Assembly: GCA_964016885.1 (NCBI GenBank) | Contig: OZ024743.1 | Span: 313,100,001 to 313,164,000, forward strand | Direction: 5' to 3' | Length of the DNA: 64,000 bases | DNA from: Eledone cirrhosa | Taxonomy: Eukaryota | In this document: positions 1-13,299 of the stretch, piece after piece | How the letters are laid out: each line of letters opens with the position of its first letter | How positions within the stretch are numbered: the first letter of the stretch is position 1 | Made by a program: the position numbers and the translations under genes | The notes under the pieces: model-generated | Seen by the model: the letters and a program-made list of their open reading frames with translations, nothing else | What the model was told of the DNA's origin: nothing | The model's database searches: none

Positions 1-45
1 GAGAGAGAACGGAAGAAAAGAGGTATTATATCACGATTCTCACAG
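1..45 (+). CDS. Putative host-gene exon (5'-partial), ERERKKRGIISRFSQ
   Basis: Open frame 1 from window start to CAG|GTAGCT donor at 45/46; phase 0 matches the phase-0 start of the exon at 3893. Short, so support is weak. Confidence 0.4.
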
Positions 46-349
46 GTAGCTTATAAAACTTAAACGTTCAGCCGGTCATGGTCCAATTCATATAATCTCT
101 TAGTACAAACGGGAGACAGCATAACATTCCTGGCATAATCAGAATCAGCGCTACTATAAAACTCAACAAGGCAGACACCTAGGCCGCAGAGCTTAAACAA
201 GGGCATTACTTTACCTTGAAGGATCACATTTATACTGGGTGGATGGAAGGAAATTCCGTATTTAAAATTGTTTATAGCTATTAATTATTGGTTTATTTTC
301 ATAAAACATTTTACTTTGAACAGTATTAGAGTAGAAAGATAGTAGAGAG

Positions 350-848
350 TTAAAATTCTACATAGACACCAGCTTTGTTCACCAGTATTTGTAATTGTCT
401 GGGTGTATCCTCGACAGACTTCATCAACAACTCAGGTGGTATATTTGTCAGTACATGATGAATACGTTCCTCCAATTTATCCAGAGCTTTGGGTTTTGAG
501 CTATAAACTTCTTCCTTCACACACCCTTACAGGAAAAAATCGCATGGCGTTAAGTCAGGGGTTCTTGTTGGCCATTCATGTGATTCTTGATGAAATTGGA
601 CATCAAGCCACTCACAGACAAAATGAGGATAGGTACCATCTTGCATGGATATGAGGTTATTGATGTATACAAATTTGTTTAACTTAGATATATAATTTCC
701 TGGAATCAATACGTATTGATAGACATATTGTGGAAATATCCAAAGTGGTGGGGGAGGGTCGTAGGATTTTGTATGAGTGAGGGTAAATTGTGTAGTAGAA
801 ATGTAGGTTAATATATTTTCATGTGTGGTCGGAACATCACCTTGTACA
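350..848 (-). mobile_element. Degraded, internally deleted Tc1/mariner-superfamily (DD37D/maT-like) transposon
   Basis: Minus strand reads MQDGTYPHF..EWLDVQF..WPTRTPDLTPCDFFL, then KEEVYSSKPKALDKLEERI...NKAGVYVEF*, the C-terminal DDD catalytic region. A TA-CAAGGTG end-like motif sits at ~848. Confidence 0.8.
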
Positions 849-856
849 TAACGCTC

Positions 857-1017
857 GCACACACATACACATACACACATACATATACACACAGACATAC
901 ATATACATAGACACATGCACACACCATCACACGCAGGCATACATACACACATACACACACACACATTCTCTCATATATAGTAGTAAATACACCTGAGTAA
1001 TGACTGAAACCACTCAA

Positions 1018-1076
<59 letters not shown>

Positions 1077-1110
1077 CTCTCTCTCTCTTTCTCTCTGTCT
1101 CTCTCTCTCA
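857..1110. repeat. (CA)n/(CATA)n and (CT)n microsatellites
   Basis: Direct inspection. Confidence 0.95.
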
Positions 1111-1194
1111 TACAGTAACATCCTGCTCCCCTTGAGTCAATACTAACTATAGGTTTAGACTTTAAAAGTTTCTCTGCGAGGTGTGCAAACATGG

Positions 1195-1850
1195 ACAGGG
1201 CGTTTTATGAATGACCAGCGTCGCCCTTAAATGCCAGTCTCCTCTTTCTACGACCCCTCAGATGTTGTTTAAGGGAAAAGCAAAGGTCGATATAGCCTGA
1301 CACTAGTATCGTCGCAGGTGAATAACCACACTCTCTCTTGGACAGCACATTAATCCGTCGCATGTTTAACTCTCCCACCTGCTACTGGTACTCATTCCCC
1401 CTCACCTGAATGAAAATATATTAACTTGGTCAAGAATAAAACAGGCCGTCTTGTCCAAGGTCCTGAACCCAACGCTCTAACTACTTGTCCATACACCTTT
1501 TCCTCATACATATGTGTTATGTTTGATCTCTGCCGGCGACTACTATGTGTGTCCTAGATGGAACAATGGAAAAGACTGTTCATGAAATTAACGCGCACGT
1601 GGCTAAGCATTCCATAAATACGTATAATCTTAAAACAATTCTCAGGGAGATTCTGCGTAACATAGTATGTAAGAAGGCTGGCCCTTTGAATTTCAGCTAC
1701 ATCCATCCTACTCACTTGGAATAAATTCCAAGGTGTGTAGGATGGAATAATGTGAAAATAAAGTGTATTTTAGAAAGACACAAAGCCGATGCGAGAATCA
1801 AACTCATGTCCTTACGATTTTGAGTCCAACATCTCAACCACTAGGCTACG
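1195..1850 (-). mobile_element. Decayed SINE fragments (octopus-type tRNA-derived families)
   Basis: 1210-1330 resembles the better-preserved SINE at 49396-49745 (aagggaaaagcaaaggtcgatatagc vs ggggaagacaaaggccgatacaac); 1510-1850 resembles another cephalopod SINE family from memory. Confidence 0.5.
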
Positions 1851-2210
1851 CTCCTTTACCACCCCCTCTCTCTCACACAGACACTCCCAGACGTCCACTC
1901 CCATATACACGTGTGGATTATATATATATATATATATGTGGAAAAAATGAAACGAAATTTCATTTCCCACTCTTAGTACGGCTGTTACTTAAATATAAGT
2001 ATGTATACGTACATACATATATGTATACAGACATACAATAATATGTATATATATACATACATACACACATATATATATATATATATATGTACGTATGGAT
2101 TTACCGAACATTTATTATAATGCTCGGTTTGTTTGTAAACAAACATCCCGAATTAAGCCGTACAGTGTTTAGCAACCATCGTTGCCCTTTTGTTCAACAC
2201 TGACAAAGAA

Positions 2211-2253
2211 ACGATGTACTAGTTTCAAGCTTATTAGCTATCGTCAGCACCGT
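2211..2253 (-). ncRNA. Minimal type I hammerhead ribozyme
   Basis: acggtg CTGACGA t-agct-aata-agct-t GAAA c-ta-g TA^catcgt on the minus strand. Confidence 0.8.
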
Positions 2254-2550
2254 ATACCTTCCTGCCTAAATGTTCGGTAAATCCATACGTACATATATAT
2301 ATATATGTGCATGTGTGTATATATATACATATTACTGTATGTCTGTATACATATATGTATGTACGTATACATACTTATATTTAAGTGACAGCCGTACTAA
2401 GAGTGAGAAATGAAATTTCGTTTCATATTTTCCATTTATCGTGCTCCCGGCCGATTAACTCACACGATATGCAAATTAGGCTGCTCAGCCGTTAATATGC
2501 ATAAGGAAAGTATATACTTTCAGACGTTCAATCATCTGGCAGGAAGGTAT

Positions 2551-2593
2551 ACGGTGCTGACGATAGCTAATAAGCTTGAAACTAGTACATCGT
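2551..2593 (+). ncRNA. Minimal type I hammerhead ribozyme
   Basis: acggtg CTGACGA tagctaataagctt GAAA ctagTA^catcgt: 6-bp stem I, 4-bp stem II, palindromic (ACTAGT) vestigial stem III, GUA cleavage triplet. Confidence 0.85.
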
Positions 2594-2785
2594 TTCTTTG
2601 TCAGTGTTGAACAAAAGGGCAACGATGGTTGCTAAACACTGTACGGCTTAACTCGGGATGTTTGTTTACAAACAAACCGAGCATTATAATAAATGTTCGG
2701 TAAATCCATACGTACATATATATATGTGTGCATGTATGTATATATATACATATTACTGTATGTCTGTATACATATATGTATATAT

Positions 2786-3506
<721 letters not shown>

Positions 3507-3520
3507 ACTATATATATATA

Positions 3521-3603
<83 letters not shown>

Positions 3604-3892
3604 ATGTATAAAAGTATCAGGTACACGTTCCTCTTTTCGATATAATTATCGGCTGAGAAAGCGACATAAAATGACGATAGGACTACATTTAAAAAGAAAA
3701 AAATATATCAAAGCAACAAAAAAAAAAGGCAAAATTAATTCAACTGTGAACTTTGGAATAGAATAAAATATTATTTGAACGTTATCGTCAACATAATTAT
3801 CGCTGTCACTAAGGTAATTTAACCAGTGTGAATTCCTATAGCTTTCCAGCTTTGCATATGTCATTTGCTTCTCAGTAAGTTGTCAGTTTTAG

Positions 3893-3965
3893 GTGAAAGG
3901 AAGCATGGCTAATAAACACGAAGAGGACTTATGTAATAACTGGATGGCAAAAGACATAGCTGACG
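3893..3965 (+). CDS. Putative host-gene exon, VKGSMANKHEEDLCNNWMAKDIAD(A)
   Basis: ttgtcagttttAG acceptor, 73-nt open frame, consensus G|GTGAGT donor; ends in phase 1, compatible with the exon at 53178. Confidence 0.65.
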
Positions 3966-4093
3966 GTGAGTTATTTCTGGCTTGTTTAATGTTAATTCTA
4001 CTAATACATTATATGTGTACACACATACAGACTTATGTGTCACACACACATATATGTAAACACACATATAAATCATGTTTATGTTTATCTATC

Positions 4094-4135
<42 letters not shown>

Positions 4136-4235
4136 TTATCTCTCTCTCCCCACTCTCTCTAATATATATATATATATACACACACACACGCACAGACAGA
4201 ACCGTACATATACCACACACACACACACACACACA

Positions 4236-4298
<63 letters not shown>

Positions 4299-4890
4299 AT
4301 TATATATATATATTATGAAATGCTGTTGGCATCACGCTCACAATAATTTCTATACTTTCATTTATATATATATATATATATAACGCCGTGGTCGTTACAG
4401 TGCTCAAATCTAGTCATCAGGCACTTATTATCATCTGTCGTAGTTTCCATTTACCTTTGAATAAAATATATTAAAAGGTATTTAGATATTGCATAACATA
4501 AGTTTAAAAATGTGTTTAGCATATCTAAATCCAGAAAGTAATAAAGAAAATAAGATAAAAATGAGAAGTGCTTATCTGTAACTCCAAGGGTTCCCTTCAT
4601 TCCCTGTCTCCGTTTTCGGAAAAAGGAGTCGGATGTCAGATCGTTCGAAAACAAACGAAAAAGATCTAGAAAAGAAAATTCCCACAGTAAATATCTCCGA
4701 GGTTGGGAAAATCCGAGGGACTCCCCATTCCGTTTTCGGAGCAACAGTCGATTGCAAGCATATCGGAGGTCATATAGTCATATTAGCTGAAAACACACGA
4801 AAAACATTAATTATTACCAATTTTATTTAGTGTTATGAGCGGTTAACGTACAAACAAACTTTCCTTTTTAAAAGTACACACTCACACAAA

Positions 4891-5073
4891 TATCTATCTA
4901 TCTAGGGCGGGTACAATTACCGAGATCCATGGACGAGTTCTCTCCAGCGGTCTCTGTCCCTCATTATCGCTGTCATGTCCTGCGTCTCCAAGAGACCAGT
5001 GTATGTCCTTAGGGCATCAACATATGTTAACTTGGGTCTTCCTCTTCCAGTGTGTCCATGTAGGGGCTCCCAC
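4891..5073 (-). mobile_element. 5'-truncated RTE LINE 3' end with (GATA)n tail
   Basis: WEPLHGHTGRGRPKLTYVDALRT...RWRELVHGSR closely matches the 3' end of the RTE at 24961-28260. Confidence 0.9.
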
Positions 5074-5110
5074 ATATATATTACATTCAAAGTTATAGAT
5101 TCATGTTTGA

Positions 5111-5196
<86 letters not shown>

Positions 5197-5312
5197 GTAC
5201 AACAGAACATATAAAACTTTAACAGGAGACGATCTGTATAGAATGTAAAAACACAGTTCATTACAGTATCATATTTAAATTTAACAAACATTTTAAATAT
5301 AGGTACCTGATA

Positions 5313-5386
<74 letters not shown>

Positions 5387-5475
5387 ATGTATAAGGTAAA
5401 CAGAAATAACAACACAATCGGTACAGTATATGGAAGCTATATATTAGGTTAACGCTTGATATAGCAGGGATAGGG

Positions 5476-5511
5476 TCTTAACGTTTCGGACGCTAGTCCT
5501 TCACCAGAAGA
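5476..5511 (-). ncRNA. Minimal hammerhead ribozyme with one core substitution (Penelope pLTR remnant)
   Basis: tctt CTGGTGA a-ggac-tagc-gtcc GAAA cgTT^aaga; core A6 is G, so probably inactive. Confidence 0.6.
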
Positions 5512-5635
5512 AAGAATCAGAAAAAAATAGATTAAGGGGACGGGCGGGATGGAATTGTAAAAAATGTCTTTAGATAAAAATAATAGGTCCATTCATGTTG
5601 ACATATATCAAAGTAAACGAGATATCGTTTATTCG

Positions 5636-5684
<49 letters not shown>

Positions 5685-5695
5685 TATATACATAA

Positions 5696-5789
<94 letters not shown>

Positions 5790-5959
5790 ATATCAACATT
5801 AAGAAAGATGCTGATGTTACAGAATTCGTTTATTTTCTTAATGTTATTATTATACTGAATCTCCATCGAAACTACAAACTACGAATGTTGAGACCTTTCT
5901 CCTGCTTGCTCCTGTTTTTACCAAAACAATCTCTTCGGAATATATATATATATATTTAT

Positions 5960-6484
5960 GTTAGGTCGCTCTCGAGTGCTACAGGTAACATGTAGCCCAG
6001 TACAACCTGTCTCATGGTCGGGTCGTCGGTGACTAAACCGGCAACCCCACCAAGCTTGCTTGGTGGGGAGGGTGATATTCAGACACCCTGCAGAATGAAA
6101 TACAAGACCCGGCAAAGGGCCGAGGAACTCAACAGAGCCAACGGCCATCCAAATAGTACATTTTCTTTTCACCTGGGAGTGAAAGGCCACCAGTTGTTGT
6201 TACAACACCTTTCTAAGAGAGGGAAACTCTGAAAAAAAACAAAAACCCTGCGGCTTCGGAAGCATCCGATGACGTTGACCAGTTTTCCTTTTCGGGTAGT
6301 GTTTTCGATGCTCAGAGAGTGGGAATGGTCGAGTGCAAGGCCTTTAACCACTTAAAAAAACCTTCAAAGCACAGACATTGTTTGTTCAGGACCTGTTACA
6401 GGTTCGTGTGGCTGGCCGTAGCCTAAAAGTGCACCATTTTCTGTAATCTGACAAGCGATTGCAATACTCTTAGCAGAGTTTGCA

Positions 6485-6490
<6 letters not shown>
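5960..6490 (+). mobile_element. Diverged relative of the structured retroposon at 2786-3385
   Basis: Shares gctac.ggtaacatgta.cccagtacaacctgtctcatggtcgggtcgt.gg.gactaaac.ggcaaccccaccaag, a gaaactctg motif and the 3' end gagtt.gcagcca.c-(AT)n. Confidence 0.65.
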
Positions 6491-6579
<89 letters not shown>

Positions 6580-6781
6580 TATACATACGTATCTATAACT
6601 AATTTAATTAGGATTGTTTAGGATAAGAAGGGTTTCATACGGTCTAATCCTGATGATATGTGTACCCTTTCTTCGTAATATATTGAGTACCTTAATTAAC
6701 TGTAGTCGCTTTCCGACCCTTTGCAGAAAACCATTCTCTCCCTAACCCTCAACTCCTGCCCCTCCCCTATCTCTCCATATA

Positions 6782-7612
6782 TCTGTATATATATAAAATT
6801 AAGTATGTGTGTGTCTGTGTGTCTGTGTGTCTGTGTGTCTGTGTATTACCTATAGGGATCTACATCTTACGACCGATTTTCATGAAACTTTACAGGCTCA
6901 TAGATTAGTCATCGGGGAGTGTTTTCTATATATCAGCGTAACGTTTTTTTTTTTTTATTCCGGGGTCATTCTGCAGATAAAAATCGGTAGGGGTGCGGGG
7001 TCACCTTTTTTTAGGTATCGAAAAATAAGATTTTTGGCTCTAGCTCCCACATTTTGCCACCGATTTCGTTCAAATTTTAAAGCAAAATAGATTTATCATT
7101 GACATCCTGTAATGCCTTTATATAACATTTGTTGTTCAGGGATGACGTGGCAGCCGCTTAAATATTCAAAAATACCACTTTTAGACTCAAATCTCCACTT
7201 TTTCGGCTTTAGCTCCCACATTAATCAACCTACTTTGTTCAGATTTTACACTACGCTAGATCTGATTATTTCACGTCTTAAAGTGGCTTTACATTTTGGA
7301 TCTTTTGTTCAGGAACGGCGGGGCAGCCGCTTAAATATTCGAAAATACCACCTTTTCGCTCAAATTTCCGCCTTTTCGGCTCTAGCTCCCACATTTTTCA
7401 ACCGATTTCGTTCAAATTCGAAACTCCCTCCCCCAGCATGCCCCTTCGTCAGTCACCCGCGTTTCTCAGTGATAGAGGTCATCACCTCTCTCCCCCGCAC
7501 GGCCTGTGTGTGGCCATAGATGAGTCATCAAGAAGGAGTCACTAAGATCAACACCTTTTCATCAAAGCAGATATTATTTTACCTACCCAGGCAACGCTGG
7601 GTACTGCTGCTA

Positions 7613-7613
<1 letters not shown>
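6782..7613 (+). mobile_element. Non-autonomous Helitron
   Basis: 5' TC (a|TCTGTATATATATAAAA), subterminal hairpin acccag-gcaacg-ctgggt, 3' CTAG|t; A|T target with no TSD. Confidence 0.85.
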
Positions 7614-7663
<50 letters not shown>

Positions 7664-7669
7664 TCTATA

Positions 7670-8860
7670 TTATAAGATGGTGCTACACAGGGCACCAAAG
7701 CCAATTACCAAAGCTATTCTTCTGAGTAATAACTCTGCCAGATGAGGGTTGATGAAATGGCAGAAAACGTCGAAGACAAACTCTGCCCAATTCTGAAGAA
7801 AACAGAATTCAGCTTGCACTTAGACAAGTCTTCTGTGCCAGGCAATGAATCCCTTCCATATGTTCGTTTCGTGAAAAACGAAAGTTTGTTCCAAGAACTG
7901 CTGTTTGCCAGACTTTTGGAAACTGATACTAAGGGTGAATCCCTTTTTAATATGGTCAGGAACTTTATCGACAAAAAGGACATCCACTTACTAATATCGA
8001 AGCATGTGCAATTGCCGGCACACCATCGATGATTGGCTGTCATCGCGGCTTCATCAATTATCTCAAAGCCAGTCTACCTGATGTCTTCACGATGCACTAC
8101 GTGATTCACTTCAGTGGTTGTCTTCACAATTTCTTAAACACGGTCATCACTGCTGTGAATAAAATCAAGGCTTGTGCTCTGAACTTTCGTCTGTTTCAAT
8201 ACCTTCGCCTCGAAAACGACGAGGATTTTCAAAACTTGCTGCTTCACACAGAGGTGAGGTGTTTATCAAGCGGAAATTGTCTAAATCGGTTTTACGCCTT
8301 GTTTCATTCAGTAAAGGATTTATTTGATACCGCCGTCCCTGAACTTAATGTGAGACTTAAAAACATAAAGAAGGATATCGCGTAGTGACTTATTCACTAA
8401 ATCTAATGAAGTGAATAAACAGCTAGCAGGGAGATGGTGTTAGTCTCATCCAAGTGAAGTTAACCATCTCAACATTTCAAGCTAAACTTATGTATAAACG
8501 TTACATTGGACGCAGGGAGTTTTTCCAGTTTCCTTGCTTGTCTACTTTTGAAAAAGACGTAAAACTTCCAGACGAGGATCTGCTTGTCTTTTGCTCCCAC
8601 CTCACTGAACTGCACGAAGATATGGAGCGACGATTTCATGATCTGTTTGCTCTTCGAGTCCCTGAATGGATTGTCAACCCCTTCATTGACATAGATAGAA
8701 AAGAGGGAGGAGAGTTAGAAGAGGAGCTGATAACTCTTCAAAATGACATTGAATTGAAGCCTAAATTCCGCAAGTACTATAAAGAATTTTGGCTTCAAAA
8801 GGCTATTCGTGACCGCTATCCGGAGCTTTGGAAGAAAGTCAAATTAAAGATTTTATATAT
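7670..8860 (+). pseudogene. hAT (Buster/Charlie, ZBED5/SCAND3-like) transposase remnant
   Basis: FSLHLDKS..YVRF..ELLFARLLETDTKGE, MIGCHRGF, LLLHTEVRCLSSGNCLNRFY, WIVNPF, FWLQK..YPELWK in three frameshifted pieces. Confidence 0.9.
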
Positions 8861-9054
8861 TATATATTACAATTTGCGTGTAGGCAGGTCTCTCTGGAAA
8901 TAGGGGTAGGAGCGCTGGGGGTATTATGTGGGCTGCTCTATATATTGGCGCCGGGGTCGGGATTTTACATATTTCTCTATATATTTATATATATCTATAT
9001 ATTTATATATATCATATATGTATATCCACACGTGATATATGTAAATATATATAT

Positions 9055-9143
<89 letters not shown>

Positions 9144-9164
9144 TACATACCTACATATATAAGA

Positions 9165-9600
9165 ACAAACTGCTGAGAAAGAATGGACCATTCGGAAAAT
9201 CAAACTCAATTCCAAAGAGTTCATTTTATTTGCAAGGTCATTGTCTCCACCGCTGGCCCTCTGATTGATGAAATGGCACTCTCCAAGACAATGGTGAGAT
9301 ACTGCAGAAATAATACTGCTGATTTCAGCAATCCTTATATGCCTGATCTGGGCTGTATCAGTGATGTTAATCCCTAACACACTATATATGACATAACGTT
9401 TGGTACCACTGATGTCTAGGAGGCAATAAACGAAATTAGATACAACTTAGCAGTAGGTGCCGATGGGTTCCCTACTAGTCTCTTGAAGTTATATGGACAC
9501 CAACTTGCATCTCCTCAAGCTAATCTGTGGGGGAACTCACTGGACTCTGGCTACATACCTGAAAATTTTGTTCCAATCTGTTGTCCCAGTTTTTAAAAGA
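9165..9600 (+). mobile_element. Decayed CR1/Jockey-type LINE fragment (region upstream of RT)
   Basis: Broken [16 protein letters not shown] and GADGFP.SLLK..G..LASP motifs; similar to 34900-35350 on the other strand. Confidence 0.55.
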
Positions 9601-9812
9601 GGAAAAAAGTCCCTTGCAGTGTCTGTGTAGCTTTATGTCTTTTTAGTCCTCCTTGAGATATGAAGATCTTGTAGCATATGCGGCATTGATAAAGGTGAAG
9701 TGGTGTGTATATTTTATAGTCATTAGGGAGTGTATATGTGCATATAAGTATGTATTTATATGTGACTGTGCGTGTGCATATAAGTATGTTTTTGTATGTG
9801 CGTGTGCATATG

Positions 9813-9987
<175 letters not shown>

Positions 9988-10195
9988 GTATGTATATGAA
10001 CATATTTGTATATGTATATGAACATATATATATGTATGTGTGTGTGTGTTAGCTTATGTGTTGTTTTTGTATCAGTGTATGTATGGTTATCAGGCTTGTA
10101 GGTATCTTGTGTGTGAGTAACCTTCTAGATATGTATGTGTATAATATGTGTATGCAGTTATGTATATATGTATACATGAGTACACACATATATAA

Positions 10196-10230
<35 letters not shown>

Positions 10231-10337
10231 AAAATATATATATATATATAATTAGAAAGTAAAGGTGAAAAAGCAGAAGTATATTTAAAGATTATTTTTT
10301 CTTTAATCTGACAGAATGAATAATTTTATAATTGTTG

Positions 10338-10390
<53 letters not shown>

Positions 10391-10542
10391 CATATATATA
10401 CATACACGCACAGTCATACAGGCTAATAGAAAACTAGGCACTGTTGCTGATATTCAATAATTCATTTATTGATTGTTGGAAAGTCTTACACATATTTCAG
10501 TGCGTTATGTAATCAAACTACGAAATCTACATTATTACGTAA

Positions 10543-10729
10543 GGGCGGTGGATTGGCAGTATCGGTAGAGGGTCGGACACCATGCTTTGACGCATAGGTA
10601 CGGCCCTTTCCATTCTGAGTTCAAATCCCGCCGAGGTTAACTTTGCCTTTCATCCTTACGGGGTCGATAAAATAAAGTACCAGTAATGCATTGAGATAAT
10701 TGCTGGCCTTGTGCCAAAAGTAGAAACAG
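10543..10729 (+). mobile_element. Full-length tRNA-derived SINE with 11-bp target-site duplication
   Basis: A-box-like tggcagtatcgg, B-box gagttcaaatccc, body ctttgcctttcatccttacggggtcgataaaataaagtaccagt; TTATTACGTAA at 10532-10542 and 10730-10740. Confidence 0.85.
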
Positions 10730-10939
10730 TTATTACGTAACCCCTTATTCCTCACTGCTCAACAGTACTCAACGTATTTATTTAGATATAATATAGATAT
10801 TAAACCGAGACAGTATCAATGTTTATCTAAATGTGCACATAGAGTATGTAGATATATGAAGATGTCAAATTTACGTATTTCCTGAAAACCAAACATTAGA
10901 CAAAATTCCTAACAAGGACTAAACGTAATAGAATCAAAT

Positions 10940-11040
10940 TCCCATTGTCACTGACTCCATCTCTCTCGCTCTCCCGATCTCTCACTATTATAAGCAAATG
11001 GGGGTCCACGCGCTGGCCGTCCCGCGGCCACGGCGGACAG
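10940..11040 (-). mobile_element. 3'-UTR fragment of the CRE-like element
   Basis: Reverse complement matches 12160-12225 (ggccagc.cgtgg.accccatttgct) and 56930-57055. Confidence 0.55.
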
Positions 11041-11174
11041 AAACTGAAAACATATATTTAATACATACGGTGATATGTGTATGATCATGTTTAGTTGACG
11101 AATTATGTTGTGTTACTTAATTATTATTTGTAATGTTAGTTTACATTATTTAGTAACGTTAGTATACTTAATTA

Positions 11175-11343
11175 CCATATTTCCCGGCGCCGAAGACGCT
11201 TCATCCTCGAGGACGCACCCTAATTTTGACAACCAAAAATTTGAAAAAAAAATAATAAACAACTTTCGGCCTCCAGGACGCATGGTAGATTTTTGAGACT
11301 TATTCTAGGAAAAAAGTAGCGTCTTCGACGCAGGGAAATACGG
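11175..11343. mobile_element. Tc2/pogo-like MITE
   Basis: TA-flanked TIRs CC(A/G)TATTTCCC.GCG.CGAAGACGC / GCGTCTTCGACGCAGGGAAATACGG. Confidence 0.8.
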
Positions 11344-11439
11344 TAAGAGTTAATGTAATTAGTGGTTAATCTACTAATAGTGTTGATTTAAAAAAATAGT
11401 CTTGTTGGTTTAGTTAATTGGCCGAGTCAGTATAAGTAA

Positions 11440-11700
11440 TCGGTAGTGTAAGTATAATTAATTATGTTTATGCATCTATAGTCGTGTCAGTATCATTACT
11501 TAGTCGTGTTGGTATCATTACTTAGTCGTGTTGTATAATTAATTACGTTTATGTATCTGTAGTCGTGTTAGTATAATTAATTACGTTTATGTACCCGTCG
11601 TCGTGCCAGTATCATTAATTAGTTAGTGTAAGTATAATTGTGTTTATGTATCTATGGTCATGTTGTTATAATTATTTAGTCATGTTAGTGTTTGTGAGTG
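11440..11700. repeat. Degenerate minisatellite (agtataattaattacgtttatgtatctgtagtcgtgtt-like unit)
   Basis: Repeated imperfect ~20-40-bp units. Confidence 0.7.
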
Positions 11701-11879
11701 GGTGTGTTGGTGAAAGTAGTCATATGGTGTTGGGGTAAATAGATAAACATCACGATTGTTATCTACAGGTTCTTATCCTCACCATATTTACTAGAAGTTT
11801 TTATTTTGCTAATTTATTGACCTCAAAAAGTTCTTTTGAATAGAGTTACAGACGATAAATAACTTCACTTGCAGCGACA

Positions 11880-12270
11880 CTTTCTCTAGCTGCAACCTGG
11901 TGCAGTCTGCGACTAACCCAGGTTCTGCTGCACTTCGGGCTGAGGAGGGCAAACTCTCCAAGTACCGGTCGCTCTCCGATAGGTTTGCAGTCATACCCTT
12001 GGCAATGGAGACTTCTGGTGTCCTTGGCTCTAGGGCTGCCTCCCTACTTACCACCATAGGCGCTGAGCTGGCCAGCCGCAGGTGTGAGCCTCACGAGATG
12101 GAATGGCTCTTCCAGCGCATTTCCCTTACCAGCCTCCAGGGAAACGGCTTCTTCATTCTGTGGGGCGGCCAGCACGTGGGACCCCATTTGCTCATAATAC
12201 AGAGAGATGAAGGTGATGACAGTGGGAGTTCGGTTTTTCCGTGTTCGGACACATTAGTAAGCATTTAGTT
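11880..12270 (+). mobile_element. CRE-clade (restriction-like endonuclease) non-LTR retrotransposon 3' fragment
   Basis: AEEGKLSKY..L...IPLAMETSGVLG...EWLFQRISL..LQGN is the typical C-terminal RLE segment of CRE-like elements. Confidence 0.75.
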
Positions 12271-12493
12271 TGTTTCTATTTGGTCAATGTTTAAACCAGT
12301 CTGAAATTTCTGTTGTATAAATAGCATTGCAAATATTGGTGGAAATATGAAAGAAAAAGAAAAAAAAGGATAAAAATGAAATCAAGCAACGGACAGAGGA
12401 GGAAGGGGTAAAGAAAGGCTGATCTGATTGTATAGAAAAGTAGGCGAAAGGGCTATAAATACTATGAGAGGAAAAGGAGGGAATAAACAAGGA

Positions 12494-12750
12494 CTATGAG
12501 GCCACGAAAAAAAGGAAGAGGGTGATAGGCTCTATGCCGGGGTGTTTGGGCTGCGTCTCGCGGACAATGGCCAGCGACACCCACTGCAAGAGCCATCCCA
12601 CCTTGCGGGCTTCCTTCCTCAGAAAGTCTGCTGATGATCCGATTTTACGGAGGAATTCGGCTGTACGAGGTCCGAGTGCACCTGGGGTCTCGACGGCGAT
12701 AGGTGCGAGGAGGAAGCGGCCAGACAAGCACCGATATTTGTGATACCCAC
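12494..12750 (-). mobile_element. Second CRE-clade 3' fragment, tail-to-tail with the first
   Basis: KYRCLSGRFLLAPIAVETPGALG...WLLQWVSLAIVR. Confidence 0.7.
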
Positions 12751-12759
12751 TCAATTCAG

Positions 12760-13225
12760 GCTTCTTCCTGCTACTAGTACTATGTAACCCAATAAAACGT
12801 GCTTCATGGTCGCATGGTTAGCGACTAAGCCAGCTCCCCCACCAGACCCTGATCTGGTCGGGTCAGACTTCCGCCTGCTACTGGTACCATATTACTCAGT
12901 ACAACCTGCTTCAGGGTTGAGTGGTCGGCGACTAGACCGGCTCCTCCACCAGACCCTGATCTGGTGAGGAGGGTAAGTGGAACACCAGCAGCACAAAATT
13001 GAGTTGTTAAAAGAGCGGATGAACTCCTCTTAGTCAAAAGCCAACTATGGGTTAAATCACCTCACTAACTAATTGGATAAGGGTGGTTAATACGGCTACA
13101 CCCCTGATATGACCCAAACCCACAGAAAGTGGTGGAGGTCAACCAAGGATGGGTTTCCTCAAACATAGGTGAGAAGGCCCTGGATTGGATCCACTCAGAC
13201 TGTGATGATGGTGATGATGATCACC
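12760..13225 (+). mobile_element. Structured retroposon relative with a tandemly duplicated 5' motif and (GAT)n tail
   Basis: Two copies of the tgctact.gtac.at.t.ac.ca.ta.aac.tgcttca.gg..gcgacta..ccaccagaccctgatctggt module (~12765-12860, ~12870-12975). Confidence 0.55.
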
Positions 13226-13299
13226 ACCTTATACACCATCTCCACTATTGTCTTACCATTATCAGTCATATATTCACATATTCTTTAGGTGGTCACCAG

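Larger units (their letters stand above)
1939..2785. mobile_element. Non-autonomous Penelope-like/retrozyme-type element: inverted partial copy (1939-2266) plus ~1.2-mer tandem copy (2267-2785)
   Basis: Arms are near-perfect reverse complements; no ORF; each arm carries a minimal hammerhead ribozyme; same family at 23496-24020 and 60449-61650. Confidence 0.8.

Noticed and set aside
4381-4880. Possible Helitron/Helentron-type non-autonomous element
   Set aside because: Looks repeat-like, but diagnostic termini could not be identified.
10543-10635. tRNA gene
   Set aside because: A/B boxes present but no cloverleaf; it is a SINE head with a TSD and multiple dispersed copies.
11440-11700. CRISPR-like repeat-spacer pattern
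   Set aside because: Degenerate tandem units without unique spacers, eukaryotic context, no cas genes.
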